In this document: piece after piece, positions 19,968 to 31,394 of the stretch
Layout of the letters: each line of letters opens with the position of its first letter
How positions within the stretch are numbered: position 1 is the first letter of the stretch
NCBI GenBank assembly: GCA_963765765.1
Contig: CAVXYC010000032.1
Span: 224,001 to 288,000 of the forward strand
Reading direction: 5' to 3'
Source of the DNA: an uncultured Chloroflexia bacterium
Lineage (GTDB): Bacteria; Chloroflexota; UBA6077; JACCZL01
DNA length: 64,000 nt
Made by a program: the position numbers and the translations under genes
Notes under the pieces: generated by a model
Database searches by the model: none
What the model saw: the letters and a program-made list of their open reading frames with translations, nothing else
What the model was told of the DNA's origin: nothing

Positions 19968-21413
19968 CTATGCCGCGGATGATTCCGCATGTGGTGCTCG
20001 ACCGAATCGGCCCGGTCTCCGATCAAACGGAGACCGACCGATCGCGCGCCAGCGCTGCACTACCAGCACTAGCGTCACGGAGAGCAGTCCGAGAGCGAGC
20101 GGCCGAAGCACGAGCTCCATTGCCCAGTCGCGGCCTTGAAGTGCAAGGTGCCCGACGGGATATTCGATCCAGCGCGCCGCGTTGGCGGCGATCAGACGTG
20201 TCTCCTGGCGCGCCATGTCCGTGAAGGTGGCATCGTATGGATAGACGCCGGCGGCGTGGATGTATTCAGCCGAGCGCGTGAGATGAGCCGCGGCCCATTG
20301 CTCAGCAGGCGCGGCCACGGTGGCGGCTGGCTGACCCGGAATGAGCATTCGATCGAGCTTGGACACCGACGCAAGGTCGTGGCGAGGCACGAGGTCAAGA
20401 CCATGCTGTGTGCGGATGATGGTCCGCTCTGCGCCAATGGTCAGGACGTCGGTGGCCAGGGCACGCGGGTACGTGTCCGTAACCGAGCTCAGCTCAATCT
20501 CACTCACTCCCGGGTAGAGAAAGAGGCCAATGTGCGTGCGCCCGAAGCGGAACACGTTCGGTAACGTAACCGTGTCGCTATCAGACGGAACTTCCCAGGT
20601 TGGGTCGTCCAAATAGCGCGTGTGCGGGTAACCGACTCGCTCAGCGGTTGCATCGGCGACGGCTCGACCAAGGAGACGTTCCAGCGTGTAGAGCGTGGCA
20701 TCGACTCCGGAAGTGACTCCGGCAGACGAAATGAAGCGACCATCATCGACGTAGCGGAGCCCGCGGACCCAATTCACCTCTGGATGGGTCTTTTCCACCA
20801 CCGTCAAGGTCGTGTGGTGCGACGTGGCCGAATGCCCATCCAGAATTCCAGAGTCTGCCACCATTTGCGCTCCGCCGCAGATCGACAGGATGACAGTCTG
20901 ATCGCCGGGGCGCTCCCGCAGCCAGCTCAGCACGGCGGCGTCCGCCGCGTTGGTGAACGGAATGTACGGGACGACGACCAGATCTGGAGCCTGACCAATC
21001 TGCTGGTCGTACTCAGCGAACGAAAAGTGCGGCACGAGGTCCACAGGCGCGCAGCACTGCTGGAGCGGCACTGGCATCAGTGGAGAGAGCTGCCGCTCCG
21101 GCGCAACGACATAGACGTTGAATGCGTCAGAGGCTGCGAGCACTTCATACGGACCGAGAAGGTCGCTGACCTCCGTACCGGCGTTGCCCGCCACGATCAG
21201 CGCGGTACGCTTTGCTGGGTCGTGGGTTGGGGATGCCGGCAGGGCCTCATCGATAGCGGGCGGCGATTGGAGCGGGTTCTGGGACACCACACCCAGAATG
21301 GATACCACGAGGGCTAGTAACGATGGGAGAAGAAAGACGAGCACGAGCGCCAGCGGCTTCACGAGAGGACGGGCGCGACGAGCGATCGATCGGCGAATGT
21401 TCATGAGAATCAA
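19968..21413 (-). CDS. Membrane-anchored double DJ-1/PfpI family protein
   Basis: N- and C-terminal TMs, EVSDLLGPYEV, LSICGGA, ISSAGVTSGVD. Confidence 0.88.
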   Translation of the reverse strand: MILMNIRRSIARRARPLVKPLALVLVFLLPSLLALVVSILGVVSQNPLQSPPAIDEALPASPTHDPAKRTALIVAGNAGTEVSDLLGPYEVLAASDAFNVYVVAPERQLSPLMPVPLQQCCAPVDLVPHFSFAEYDQQIGQAPDLVVVPYIPFTNAADAAVLSWLRERPGDQTVILSICGGAQMVADSGILDGHSATSHHTTLTVVEKTHPEVNWVRGLRYVDDGRFISSAGVTSGVDATLYTLERLLGRAVADATAERVGYPHTRYLDDPTWEVPSDSDTVTLPNVFRFGRTHIGLFLYPGVSEIELSSVTDTYPRALATDVLTIGAERTIIRTQHGLDLVPRHDLASVSKLDRMLIPGQPAATVAAPAEQWAAAHLTRSAEYIHAAGVYPYDATFTDMARQETRLIAANAARWIEYPVGHLALQGRDWAMELVLRPLALGLLSVTLVLVVQRWRAIGRSPFDRRPGRFGRAPHAESSAA

Positions 21414-21491
21414 ACTCCGTATTTAGATTCAAAAGGTACGTGCATAGTGTTTCGTCCCGGCTGAGCCGGGACATCGGAGACATGGTGGAAT

Positions 21492-21517
21492 TGACGTTCA
21501 CGATTCGCTGAACGTCA
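21492..21517. promoter_or_regulatory. Inverted repeat, candidate NarL-type operator
   Basis: TGACGTTCA-N8-TGAACGTCA between divergent DJ-1 and kinase genes. Confidence 0.45.
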
Positions 21518-21597
21518 CTCCAACAAATGTCGAATCCGGCTCAGGCGCGTCCTGGGGGCTGGAGTGCCCGACAGCAGATCAGCCGCTACACTGAGTT

Positions 21598-22806
21598 ATG
21601 TCTGCCTCACCCGCGGAAGAGCGTGGGAGGGTCGTCGATGCGTATCCGGACGGCCTTGGGTCGGAAGTCACAGCGTTGCTGGACGCGGCTCGCGATCTCG
21701 CCTCGACACTCGAGCAGCGGCCGCTTCTGGAGCTGCTTCTGGATCACCTCAGCAGGCTCGTTGACTACACGGGCACGGCCATTTTGAGCCTCAGCGAAGC
21801 AGGTGACTCTCTAGCCTTCGCCCACATGCGCGGTCCGGCCTCGTTCACCTGGGAGCAGGCCCGCCAGATCACGTATTCGGTGGCCGACTTCGGTCCACCC
21901 TGGGACAGGCTCTGCCAGGAGGAGCCCATTGTTATCGCGGACATTCAGGATGAGACTCTCGAAGCGATGACATTTCGCCGTATGGTGGGCGAGAGCGATC
22001 TAAGTACCACCTACGCGTTCATCCGCTCGGCGATGTGGATACCACTGGTTGTGCGTGAACGAATCATCGGGCTGCTTTCGATCACCAATAGCACCCCCCA
22101 CGTCTACGGCCCTCGGGACGCCGCGCTAGCGTTGGCCATCGCTCGGCAGGCGGCAGTGGCAATGGAGAACGCGCGACTCCATGAGCGCGCCCGCCAGGCC
22201 GCGGTCCTGGAGGAGCGACAGCGGCTGGCACGTGAGCTGCACGATTCAGTCACCCAGTCGCTTTACGGAATCTCCTTGTATGCCGAGGCGGCCGCCCGAG
22301 CACTGGCCGATGGCGAGCTTGATCCGCTGCGGAACACACTGCACGAGATTCGTGAGACAACGCAGGAAGCGCTGGGCGAGATGCGCCTCCTGTTGTTCGA
22401 TCTTCGGCCGCCCTTGCTGGAGGAGCAGGGTCTTGCTGATGCTTTACACTCGCGGCTGCGATCCGTGGAGACGCGCTCGGGGCTGGTCGCTGAGCTGCAC
22501 GCCGAGAACGCGGAGCGACTATCTGCGGCCATGGAGCAGGAGCTGTATCGCCTGGCCCAGGAGGCATTGAATAATGTGTTGAAGCACGCGCATGCGGCTC
22601 GGGTTGAAGTGCGGCTGAATATCGCGGGAGACCGGGCCACCCTGGAGATCGTGGACGATGGCGTCGGCTTCGAACCGGGCTTGCGAGGTGGCAACGGCTT
22701 TGGTCTAGCTGGCATGCGCGAGCGCGCCGAGCGACTCGGCGGGACATTACGGGTTGAAAGCGCACCGGGAGCAGGCACACGCGTTCACGTCGAGATACCG
22801 CGATGA
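21598..22806 (+). CDS. GAF-HisKA_3 (NarX-like) sensor histidine kinase
   Basis: EERQRLARELHDSVTQ, QEALNNVLKHA, DDGVGF, GLAGMRER. Confidence 0.95.
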   Translation: MSASPAEERGRVVDAYPDGLGSEVTALLDAARDLASTLEQRPLLELLLDHLSRLVDYTGTAILSLSEAGDSLAFAHMRGPASFTWEQARQITYSVADFGPPWDRLCQEEPIVIADIQDETLEAMTFRRMVGESDLSTTYAFIRSAMWIPLVVRERIIGLLSITNSTPHVYGPRDAALALAIARQAAVAMENARLHERARQAAVLEERQRLARELHDSVTQSLYGISLYAEAAARALADGELDPLRNTLHEIRETTQEALGEMRLLLFDLRPPLLEEQGLADALHSRLRSVETRSGLVAELHAENAERLSAAMEQELYRLAQEALNNVLKHAHAARVEVRLNIAGDRATLEIVDDGVGFEPGLRGGNGFGLAGMRERAERLGGTLRVESAPGAGTRVHVEIPR

Positions 22807-23488
22807 ACGCTAGTGAGGCAGATCCGATCAGGGTGATCCTGGTGGACGATCACGCGGTCGTTCGAAAGGGTCTGTGCGCTCTGCTGGAGCGGTACCGTGA
22901 CATCGAAGTGGTCGGTGAGGCCGAGAGTGGTGAGCGTGCTGTCCAGCTTGCGGACCAGCTCCGTCCAGACGTCATCCTGATGGACCTCGAGATGCCCGGT
23001 ATTGGCGGCATCGAGGCAATTCGACAGATCAGCGGTCAGCACTCGTCCGTAAAAATCGTGGCGCTGACGAGCCACGCCGCCGAGGAAGATGTCTTCCCGG
23101 CGCTCAAGGCCGGCGCGCTCGGCTACATCCTGAAGCACTCCGCTCCCGACGACGTGCTTGGGGCCATCCGGCGGGCCCACCAGGGGGAGCCCGCGCTGCA
23201 CCCGTCTATCGCGCGCATGATGCTGCAGGAGCTACACCATCCGCCTCAGCCTCGTCAGACGCTGACCACCGACCTCTCTCAGAACGCGAGCTCGAGGTCC
23301 TTCGGCTCCTGGCTCGAGGGATGAGTAATCAAGAGATCGCCGACACCCTCGTGGTCGGCGAAGCTACCGTCCGCAGCCATGTGAGCGCCATCCTGCGCAA
23401 GCTGCAGCTCGCGAGTCGAACGCAGGCCGCGCTCTACGCCCTGCGCGAAGGCCTCGCCTCCCTCGGTGACGCCGATCTGGCGCGCTGA
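22803..23488 (+). CDS. NarL/LuxR family response regulator (frameshifted near 23275)
   Basis: VDDHAVVR...ILMDLEMP; [23 protein letters not shown]...SRTQAALYA in another frame. Confidence 0.9.
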
Positions 23489-23543
23489 AGATTCGAGCAG
23501 CATGGGGAATGCATCCAGGCTCCTTGATCAATGGTTTGATTTC

Positions 23544-23660
23544 CATCCTCGGCCTCCCTGTCATCCTGGAGCGCAGCGAAGGATCTTATCGGAGTCCTGT
23601 GCTCAGGACTCCGGCTAAGATCCTTCGCTGCGCTCCAGGATGACAGGGAGGCCGAGGATG
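23544..23660. repeat. 45-bp perfect inverted repeat with TGTCATCCT..GCGCAGCGAAGGATCT REP-type core
   Basis: Arms 23544-23588 and 23616-23660, with inner hairpin CGGAGTCCTG/CAGGACTCCG. Confidence 0.8.
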
Positions 23661-23960
23661 CCCTCGAGCCGCCGGCGGTATGGAGATCTACGCGCTGGAC
23701 CAGGTTGCGTACGGACGCATGAATGCAGAAGTCGAGCGACAGTAGGGCACTCATGAATGGCACAAATCCGCCAGAGTCACCGCGGGCCCGCCACGTCTCA
23801 TGGCAGGCCCGCGGCTCTTTTCTAGAGTATGACACTAGTCGCTCTGGTCCTTGGCAGGTCATGCTTACTGACAATTTATTGCTCTCCAGGCATCCACCAC
23901 CCGGAGCGTGATGCCTCCTGGAGACGCCGGGGAAACCGGCGCTCCAGGGCATCGTGGGGA

Positions 23961-25139
23961 TTACCCCCAGCGAGGCTGCTCGCCCAAGCCAATTCCCAGC
24001 GTGGTCTTGCCGACGATCTCGTGCACAAGTGCCGAGTTCGCGGGGTGGAAGCCACCGGCGCGCACGTCTCGGTACAGTCGTTCAAGCTCGCTCGCCTTGA
24101 ACATTCCGGATCCACCCGACACGTCCATCGCCAGATCCACCACTCGTTTGGCGGACTCAACGGCGTGGTACTTGGCCGAAACGATCTTGGATGGCCACTG
24201 CGCTCCGTGGTCCACGCCCTCGGACCAGTCCCGAGCGACGCTGTCAAGGTGCGGGCCCGCGGCATCGATCTCTAGCGTCATCTCGGCGAACTGGTGCTGG
24301 ACCTCAGGGTGATAGGCCATGGTTCGCGAGACGGCCAGAGACTTTTTGGTACTCACGGATGTCACTGCGAGATCTCGGGCACGAAGAGCGATGGCGTGAT
24401 AGATGTTCCCGAAGTTCAAGAGGGCCCAGGCAAACAGCGCTCCGACGAACGGATCAAGACCACCAGCCGGAACGCGTCGAGCGATGTACCGATCGGGAAC
24501 GAACGCGCCGCTCAGTATGGTGTCATCGCTTCGGGTGGCACGCATGCCAAGCGTGTCCCAGGTTTCCTTGATCTCATAGCCCTCAGAGCTGCGCGGCAAG
24601 AAGCCGTGAATGACCGTGGGGTGCTCGGGATCCGACGTATCCATTCCGTGGATTCCCAGGCGGGTCCAGACTGGAGTCATGCTGCCGAACATCTTGCGGC
24701 CAGTAAAACGATAACCGCCTTCTACGCGCTCCGCCGATGATGTGGAGAGCAGGACCGGCAGATCGTTCCCGGCCTCGCCATGGCCCGCGGCGAATACTTC
24801 GCCGCGTACGGTCTCCTCGAGCAGCCAGGTAAGCGACGCGTCGCCCATCCGATAGAGGTCTGCCGCGATGCCTGTCCAGTACAGGTGCATGTTGATGGCA
24901 AGCGCCGTGGCCGGCGCGCGATAAGCGAGGCGTCGCTGCTCGTGCGCCACCTCGGCCAGAGACAGGCCGTGGCCGCCGAACTCTCGCGGCACGGCAAGAA
25001 GCAGGTAGCCCGCCTCTTTCAACTCCTCGAAATCTTCGGTGAAGAAGCGATTCTCGCGGTCATAGCCACGAGCGCGTTGACCGCATCGGTCAATGAGACT
25101 GTCGGTCAGAACGGTTGTCGAAGGTGTAGCAATAGCCAT
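23961..25139 (-). CDS. Acyl-CoA dehydrogenase family protein
   Basis: FTGRKMFGS, WDTLGMRATRSD, LERLYRDVRAG. Confidence 0.92.
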   Translation of the reverse strand: MAIATPSTTVLTDSLIDRCGQRARGYDRENRFFTEDFEELKEAGYLLLAVPREFGGHGLSLAEVAHEQRRLAYRAPATALAINMHLYWTGIAADLYRMGDASLTWLLEETVRGEVFAAGHGEAGNDLPVLLSTSSAERVEGGYRFTGRKMFGSMTPVWTRLGIHGMDTSDPEHPTVIHGFLPRSSEGYEIKETWDTLGMRATRSDDTILSGAFVPDRYIARRVPAGGLDPFVGALFAWALLNFGNIYHAIALRARDLAVTSVSTKKSLAVSRTMAYHPEVQHQFAEMTLEIDAAGPHLDSVARDWSEGVDHGAQWPSKIVSAKYHAVESAKRVVDLAMDVSGGSGMFKASELERLYRDVRAGGFHPANSALVHEIVGKTTLGIGLGEQPRWG

Positions 25140-25223
25140 GATGATCCTTCCTGGCTTTGAACTTGCTTGGCGGGGCCCTGTGCCTCGTCCACTGCAAGTC
25201 TCTGCCTGCCAGGATCACCAGCC

Positions 25224-25241
25224 ATCACGGGAACCCGTGAT
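25224..25241. promoter_or_regulatory. Palindromic operator candidate upstream of the acyl-CoA dehydrogenase
   Basis: ATCACGGG-aa-CCCGTGAT, partial second copy near 25311; next to a LuxR-HTH STAND gene. Confidence 0.5.
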
Positions 25242-25365
25242 TTGGGACCACTATTCTGGGCGTCCATCCGCTCCCTCGCCCCCTGGAAGAGGGTGGGCCG
25301 ACATCCCCTATCACGGAACCCTCACCCCAGCCCTCTCCCAAGGGGCGAGGGGGCCGAGCTGGACC

Positions 25366-28294
25366 TCAGCTCAAGCCGTGCTGGACGGCGTATGCGGTGG
25401 CTTCGGCGCGGCCGCGAGCGCCGATCTTCTGGTAGACGTGCGTGATGTGCCGCTCAACGGTGTTGACGCTGATAATCAGCTTATCGGCGATCTCCTGGGT
25501 GGTGCGACCGGATGCGATGAGCCCCAGGACCTCGATCTCTCGCGTGGTTAGACCGTCAGGATGCGTCACGGACAAGTACGGCTGGCTCGAGCCGTGAGAT
25601 TGCGGCGAGTCGGCGGGGTGAATCGCCAGGGCCTCCTCCGCAACCTCGTCCATCGACATCTTGCGCCCAATGATCCGCTCCGCCTGGAAACGCTCTTCGC
25701 CAAGGGAGCCGCGGATCGTATCCGACGCTGGACCGAGTACCGACTCCACCAGTGGAATAGGCCGAATGCTCACTGCCTCGCTCAAGGCGCTCAAGGCGCC
25801 TGACAATCTAGCCGCGCGCTCGATATCGCCCACCGCCACCGCTAGCGCCACAAACTGCGCCACGAGATTGCCCAGGAGCCAGCCGGCGTCCAGACCGCGA
25901 TAGTACTGGAGCGCCTCGCCAAGCCGTTCCCGCGTGGCCGGATAGTCACCTTCCGCGAAGTCAATCAGTCCGATCAGCGAGAGGATCGTTCCGGCGCCCT
26001 CCCGGAAGTCAATGCGGCGGCGGATGGTCAGGCTGTCCTCATACAGGCGCCGGGCATTCGCGTACCGGCCCTGAATTTGGTCTGCCAGGCCAAGGAGATG
26101 GAGCGCCCAGCCTTCCAACCACTCGTCCTGGATGTCGTGCGCCAGACCCAGACTCTGACGGCCGAAGTCTCGTGCGCAGTCAGCATCTCCCTCGATATAA
26201 CAAACGCGACCCAGGAGATGAAGCGCCCAGCCGGCCCACCATCCCTGGTCCAGGTTTCGAGAGAGAGCAAGCGCATCCTCCAGCAACGGCCGCGCCGCGC
26301 GCGTGTCTTGCTGGATGTGGGCGAGCCGGCCTGCACCAGCCAGGGCTTTGACGCGTGTGAGCGATGCATCATCGGTCTGGCTCAATGCGCGCGCCAGCCA
26401 GCGACGCGCCTCTCCGATGTGCGATCGGTTGTACCAGTACCAGGAAAGCGCGCCGCTCAGGCGTAGAGCCAGATGGGGATCACCCTCTGGGGTAAGGCTC
26501 CATTCCAGTGCCGCGCGTAGATTGTTGCGCTCTGACTCCAGGCGATCCAGCCAGTGAGCCTGCTCTGGACCCCGCAACAGAGGCTCAGCCTCCTCTGCAA
26601 GGGCCAGGAAATACTCGGCATGCCATCGGTGTATGATCGCGAGCTCACCGTTGAGAGCCAGGCTTTCCAGACCGTATTCGCGAATGGTCTCGAGCATTGC
26701 GTACCGAGGCTCGCCGGTCGGATCGTGCATGGGCCTGAGCAAGCTTTTGGCAAGCAACGAGTCGATGCCGTCCAACGCATCGACATCCAGTGGAGTAGCT
26801 GCCGCCGTCAATACCTGGCAGGCAGCTTCTGCGGCTTCGATCGTGCAACCGCCAACGAACACGGAGAGTCGGCGGAAGAACGCTTGCTCCTGCGGATCCA
26901 GGAGGTCGTAGCTCCAGGCGATCGTATCGCGAAGCGTCTGCTGCCGCGCCGGCTGGTCGCGCGGGCCGCCCGTCAGAAGTTGTAGTGACGGTGCGCTTGC
27001 CGGCAACGACAACCTCGCCAGCATCGCCGAGGGTGACAACAAGCGCGCCCGAGCCGCCGCAAGCTCGATGGCGAGCGGCAAGCCATCGAGACGATGACAG
27101 ATCTCCGCGACATCCGAGGCATTGGTCTCCGTCAGCGCGAAATCGGCCCGAACTGCCTGGGCACGCTCTACAAAGAGTCGGATGGATTCATACGTCCTGA
27201 GCGCGGCGACGCCATCCTTCGCACTCGCCAGCGGCTCACGCGGTGGTACTGCAAGCGACGGCACTTCATACTCGCGCTCGCCCGACAAGCGAAGCGCCAC
27301 GCGACTCGTCACCAGCAGCTTGAGACGGTCCGAGGCGCTCAGGATATCCGCGAGCTGCGGCCCCGCGTCGATGATCTGCTCGAGATTGTCCAGGACGATC
27401 AAGATCTCGCGATCACGGAGATGCTGCTTCAGCGTGTCGAGCGACTCAGGCCCACCGTCGATTGCCACGGCGAGCTCCCGACCGATGGTGGGCGCAACCA
27501 GGTCAGGGTCGCGAATCGGGGCGAGCCTGACGAAGTACACGCCATCGTCGAAGTCGTCCACCACATCCGCTGGCAACCTGAGCAGCCAGGCGCGTTTTGC
27601 CGATGCCTCCTGGCCCGATCAGCGTGACCAGCCCCGCGTCTGGCCGAAGCAGTAGCGCGCGAATCTCGGCGATCTCTCGCTCACGGCCTACCAGTGCGCC
27701 TCGCGACGTTGGCAGATGCCGAAGACGCGTATCCGGTCCCTCGAGCGGCGGAAAGTCTTCAGGAAGATCGGACGTCGAGAGCTGGAACACACCCTCCGGC
27801 TGCCTCAAGTCGCGAAGACGGTGAACTCCCAAATCGCGGAGTACGGCCCCATTCGGAATCGACTCTCGCACAAGGCTCTCGCTGGCTTCGGAAAGCAGGA
27901 TTTGGCCACCGTGCCCCAGGCCACGGATGCGGGCGCAGCGGTTGACCGCCGCCCCGTAATAGTCGCCGTCTCTGAGATTTGCCTCACCGGTATGGATGGC
28001 GATGCGCGCCTTTATCGGCTGGGGAGTGGGCCACGACTCCGCGGCGAAAGCTCGCTGGATGGAGAGCGCCGCGGAAGCCGCGGATATGGCGCCAGCGAAC
28101 ACGGCGAAGCGGCTGTCACCTTCACCGCGCGGGCGGATATGCACGCCGCCATGATCCCGGACGGCCGCCTCGAACAGGGCATCGTGAGAAACGAGGGCGA
28201 GACGCATCGAATCGGGAGCCTGGTCCCATAGGGCAGTGCTGCCCTCGATATCAGTAAGGAGAAAAGTGACCGTACCCGTTGGCAGATCTGCCAT
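25366..28294 (-). CDS. Adenylate/guanylate cyclase-like + STAND ATPase + TPR + LuxR HTH regulator (frameshifted near 27575)
   Basis: TFLLTDIEGST, GEGDS, GPGGIGKTRLA, LDNLEQ, LDGLPLAIELAA, LTTREIEVL. Confidence 0.9.
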
Positions 28295-28625
28295 GACGGC
28301 TGTTCCTAGTCAGTGCGGGCCGGTAGCGCCTGATGGTGAATCTCGGTGATTGGCAGGATACCACTCCCTGGCCGTCAGCGAGAGGGCCGAGCGCATTTGA
28401 TCACTAGAACCGCGAGGATAGTTTGCGAATTCCCCAACAGCATGGTCTACGGCGATCAATCGAGTCGGTGGGGCGCAGCGTTGGCCTTTCTATTGTAAGC
28501 GCGCGGGGGTTATCACCAATCGCGGCATCTGTGGGGCGCTCAGCGGGTCCCCTCGAACAGCCGCGTCTCCGAAGAGCACGCGGCTGCGTGCGTATGGCCC
28601 TGAGCTCGCGCAACGAGATACCTGG

Positions 28626-29177
28626 CTACTGTTCGAAGGCCAGCGACAACTCCCCCGGGGCGTCCACAGGGACGCCGGGCGCCGGATGCTGCAGACGCAC
28701 GCGCGCATCGGCGGCGGCGTTGATGGCGACAAACGACCAGTTGAGTCGCGCGAGCTTGGCCTCGGCCTCCGCGCGCGTCTGCCCGATCACATCGGGAGCG
28801 ACCAGACCTTCACTGACGGTAACGCGCACCACGCGCTCCTCGCCCACGTGCCAGCCGGCGACCGGTGACTGCTGGATGATGACGCCGCGGCCATACTGCT
28901 CACTGGGGCGCTGGCCCAGGACTCGCACTGAGATTTCGGCCAACTCTGCTCGATCCTGCACCGTCGCAGCGTCCAGCCCAATAAGGTTGGGGACGCTATG
29001 GGCGAATTGGCGCGCCGGGTTCGGCAGATCGCTGAAGAAATGCGCAATTGCCAGCGTTATCACCGTAAAGATGATCGTTGATAGTGTGATGACTATCGCT
29101 GATTCGTAGGGGCTCGCGCCGGCGGGACGATGTCTGAAGCTCCGCACGGGTTGCGAATGTCGTAGCGAGGTGCTCAT
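28626..29177 (-). CDS. PASTA domain membrane protein
   Basis: TM followed by VPNLIG...QQSP...VTVSEG and PDVIG...QHPAPG repeats. Confidence 0.75.
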   Translation of the reverse strand: MSTSLRHSQPVRSFRHRPAGASPYESAIVITLSTIIFTVITLAIAHFFSDLPNPARQFAHSVPNLIGLDAATVQDRAELAEISVRVLGQRPSEQYGRGVIIQQSPVAGWHVGEERVVRVTVSEGLVAPDVIGQTRAEAEAKLARLNWSFVAINAAADARVRLQHPAPGVPVDAPGELSLAFEQ

Positions 29178-29860
29178 CGTTGACCCTCAATGAAATGCGC
29201 GACGCGCAGTTCGAAGCTCGATGATCTGTCCCCATCCGCGAAGCAAGCCATCTGGATCCTCCCAGCCGCCCAATAAGGCACAACCTAGACCGAAAACCAG
29301 CCGAGACACGGGTACGTTGCTCCAAGCGGGTTCCTCGCTGTCGCCAAAACGGTGCAATCAACTCGTGGTGCGGTTGGGACAGTGGCGCACCAATGGCCCA
29401 CGAGAATCGCCCCGGGTCGCGGACAGAAACTCTATCTCCACTCGAACCAGGCCCGATGCTTGAGGCTCTCCCGAACGAACCGTTTGCTCGAGCAGCTTCC
29501 GGTTTCGCATCTCACCCTTTACGCTAGCTGTCCCGGTGCCGTCCGGGACTTGCGAAGAGCTGAAGGATTACGGACAATTTTGTTACGACGGGCCTGATAC
29601 GAAGTTCGAGGACGGACATTTTTCATCAGGTCACGCCCCGGACGAGGGAAGTTAGTCTTAGGACAGGCCCGTACGGAGCGTGGCACGTGGGATACTTGAT
29701 CGCGTCTTCACGACCATCAGGCCGTCGTTGAATGGACACGAGCGTGGCCCGACTTCCTTAGCCGAAATGTCAAATGCCACGTCTGTCGGACCCGTCGGCT
29801 TCGGTGACCGCGATCCGGCGACCTTACTCTCGCGGGAGAGCCAATGATGTGGCCACGGTG

Positions 29861-30035
29861 GCGACGAGCCGCTCAAGCTCACACCGACGGAGTACCGGCT
29901 GCTGTGCACACTGGCCAGCCGACCCGACCAGGTGCTCTCGCGCCAGGAGCTGACCGAGGCACTCTGGGGTTACTACGATGTGGGCGTGAGCCGCTCACTC
30001 GACGTGCACATCCATTCGGCTGCGGTGCAAGCTAA
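29861..30035 (+). pseudogene. OmpR-type winged-helix fragment
   Basis: LKLTPTEYRLLCTLASRPDQVLSRQELTEALWG...SLDVHI; no receiver domain. Confidence 0.65.
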
Positions 30036-30137
30036 ATGCCTGCGCAGTGGCAGCCCGGATATTCTTTGCGCGGGCTCGGCTTCAAGATCGCGCGAACCTG
30101 AACCGTCGACTGGAATAATCCCGAACCGCGGAAACTT

Positions 30138-31394
30138 TTAAGCCGGCGCGCGGGTACTTGGCGCGTTCGCCAATGGTAAAGAGACAGTGAACGTCGTCCC
30201 ATGTCCAGGTGTGCTTTGAACCAAGAGTCCGCCGCCGTGCGCCTCGACAATCCCCCGGACGATATGCAATCCCAGCCCCGTGCCCTTTGGCGCGTCTCCG
30301 GAACCTTCGGCTACCAGCCTGACGTGCGGCTCGAATATCGACTCGATGCGGTCCGCCGGGATGCCGGGTCCTTCATCACTCACAGTCATACACGCTTGCG
30401 AGCCTTCGGACAACACGCGTACTCGGATTGCTCCAGTCGGAGCGTATTTGACGGCATTCTCAAGGAGGTTCGAGACCACCTGGGCAATGCGTTCTGGGTC
30501 GCCCATCACGAGCAGTGCGTCCGGGGAATCAAAGTGGAACACTTGCCCGTTGTAGCGGGCCCGCGCTACCTCTATTTCCTCCTGGACAACTTCCACAAGG
30601 TCAACCACGTGTTGATGCATGTCGAACCGACCCGCCGCGACTCGCGCGGCATCGGTTAGGTCTTCCACGAGGCGCGCGACTCGCCGCGCTTCCGAGATAA
30701 TGACGGTTCGCGCCCGCGCTTGCCGCTCCTGAGACACTTTTGTCCTGCCCAGGAGCTCCGCGTAGCCAGTGATGGCTGTGAGCGGCCCCATCAGCTCGTG
30801 CGCGACCATCGAGACAAACTCGTCACGCTCGCGATTGGCCTCCTCTAATTGGGCGAGGGCGTCATTGAGTGCGGCCCGTGAGGCCTGTTCCCTACCAAAA
30901 AGCTCTGCCTTCGTCTGATTCGCGGCACGCAGCTCATCTGCGCGCTGCTGTACGCAATCAGCTAATTCCGCGGCGTGTCGCTCCAGGAATGATTTCTCCT
31001 CTTGCACCTGGCGGCTGAGGCGATGCAGCTGAATCGCATGACTCAAGGAAGCCACAAAGTAGTCACGGTCGATAGGCTTCTGAATGTAATCGTGTGCACC
31101 GCCGCGCAATGCTTCAATTGCCAGGTCGTGCTCACCATGGCCCGTGATTAGCAAGACTGGAGCGTCCGGCCGAAGCTTACGAATCTCGGCCAGAAGTTGG
31201 AGGCCGTCCATGCCGGGCATCTTGATATCAACGACGATTGCATCGTAGTCCGTGGCAGCGATGCGATCGAGTGCCAGTGTCGCCGAATCGCACGTATCCA
31301 CGGCTGCCTGCTCCATACGCAGACGAAGAGTCTCAGACAATGCTTCCAGCAGTACCGTGTCGTCGTCAACGAGGACAATTCGGGTTTGATTCAT
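30138..31394 (-). CDS. Hybrid REC-HisKA-HATPase sensor kinase
   Basis: VLVDDD, DIKMP, MVAHELMGPL, NLLENAVKY, DEGPGI, GTGLGL. Confidence 0.93.
   Translation of the reverse strand: MNQTRIVLVDDDTVLLEALSETLRLRMEQAAVDTCDSATLALDRIAATDYDAIVVDIKMPGMDGLQLLAEIRKLRPDAPVLLITGHGEHDLAIEALRGGAHDYIQKPIDRDYFVASLSHAIQLHRLSRQVQEEKSFLERHAAELADCVQQRADELRAANQTKAELFGREQASRAALNDALAQLEEANRERDEFVSMVAHELMGPLTAITGYAELLGRTKVSQERQARARTVIISEARRVARLVEDLTDAARVAAGRFDMHQHVVDLVEVVQEEIEVARARYNGQVFHFDSPDALLVMGDPERIAQVVSNLLENAVKYAPTGAIRVRVLSEGSQACMTVSDEGPGIPADRIESIFEPHVRLVAEGSGDAPKGTGLGLHIVRGIVEAHGGGLLVQSTPGHGTTFTVSLPLANAPSTRAPA

Noticed and set aside
25276-25353. CCCTCACCCC..CCCTCTCCC..GGG.GAGGG REP-like hairpin
   Set aside because: Degenerate single copy of a common intergenic repeat type; too weak to list separately
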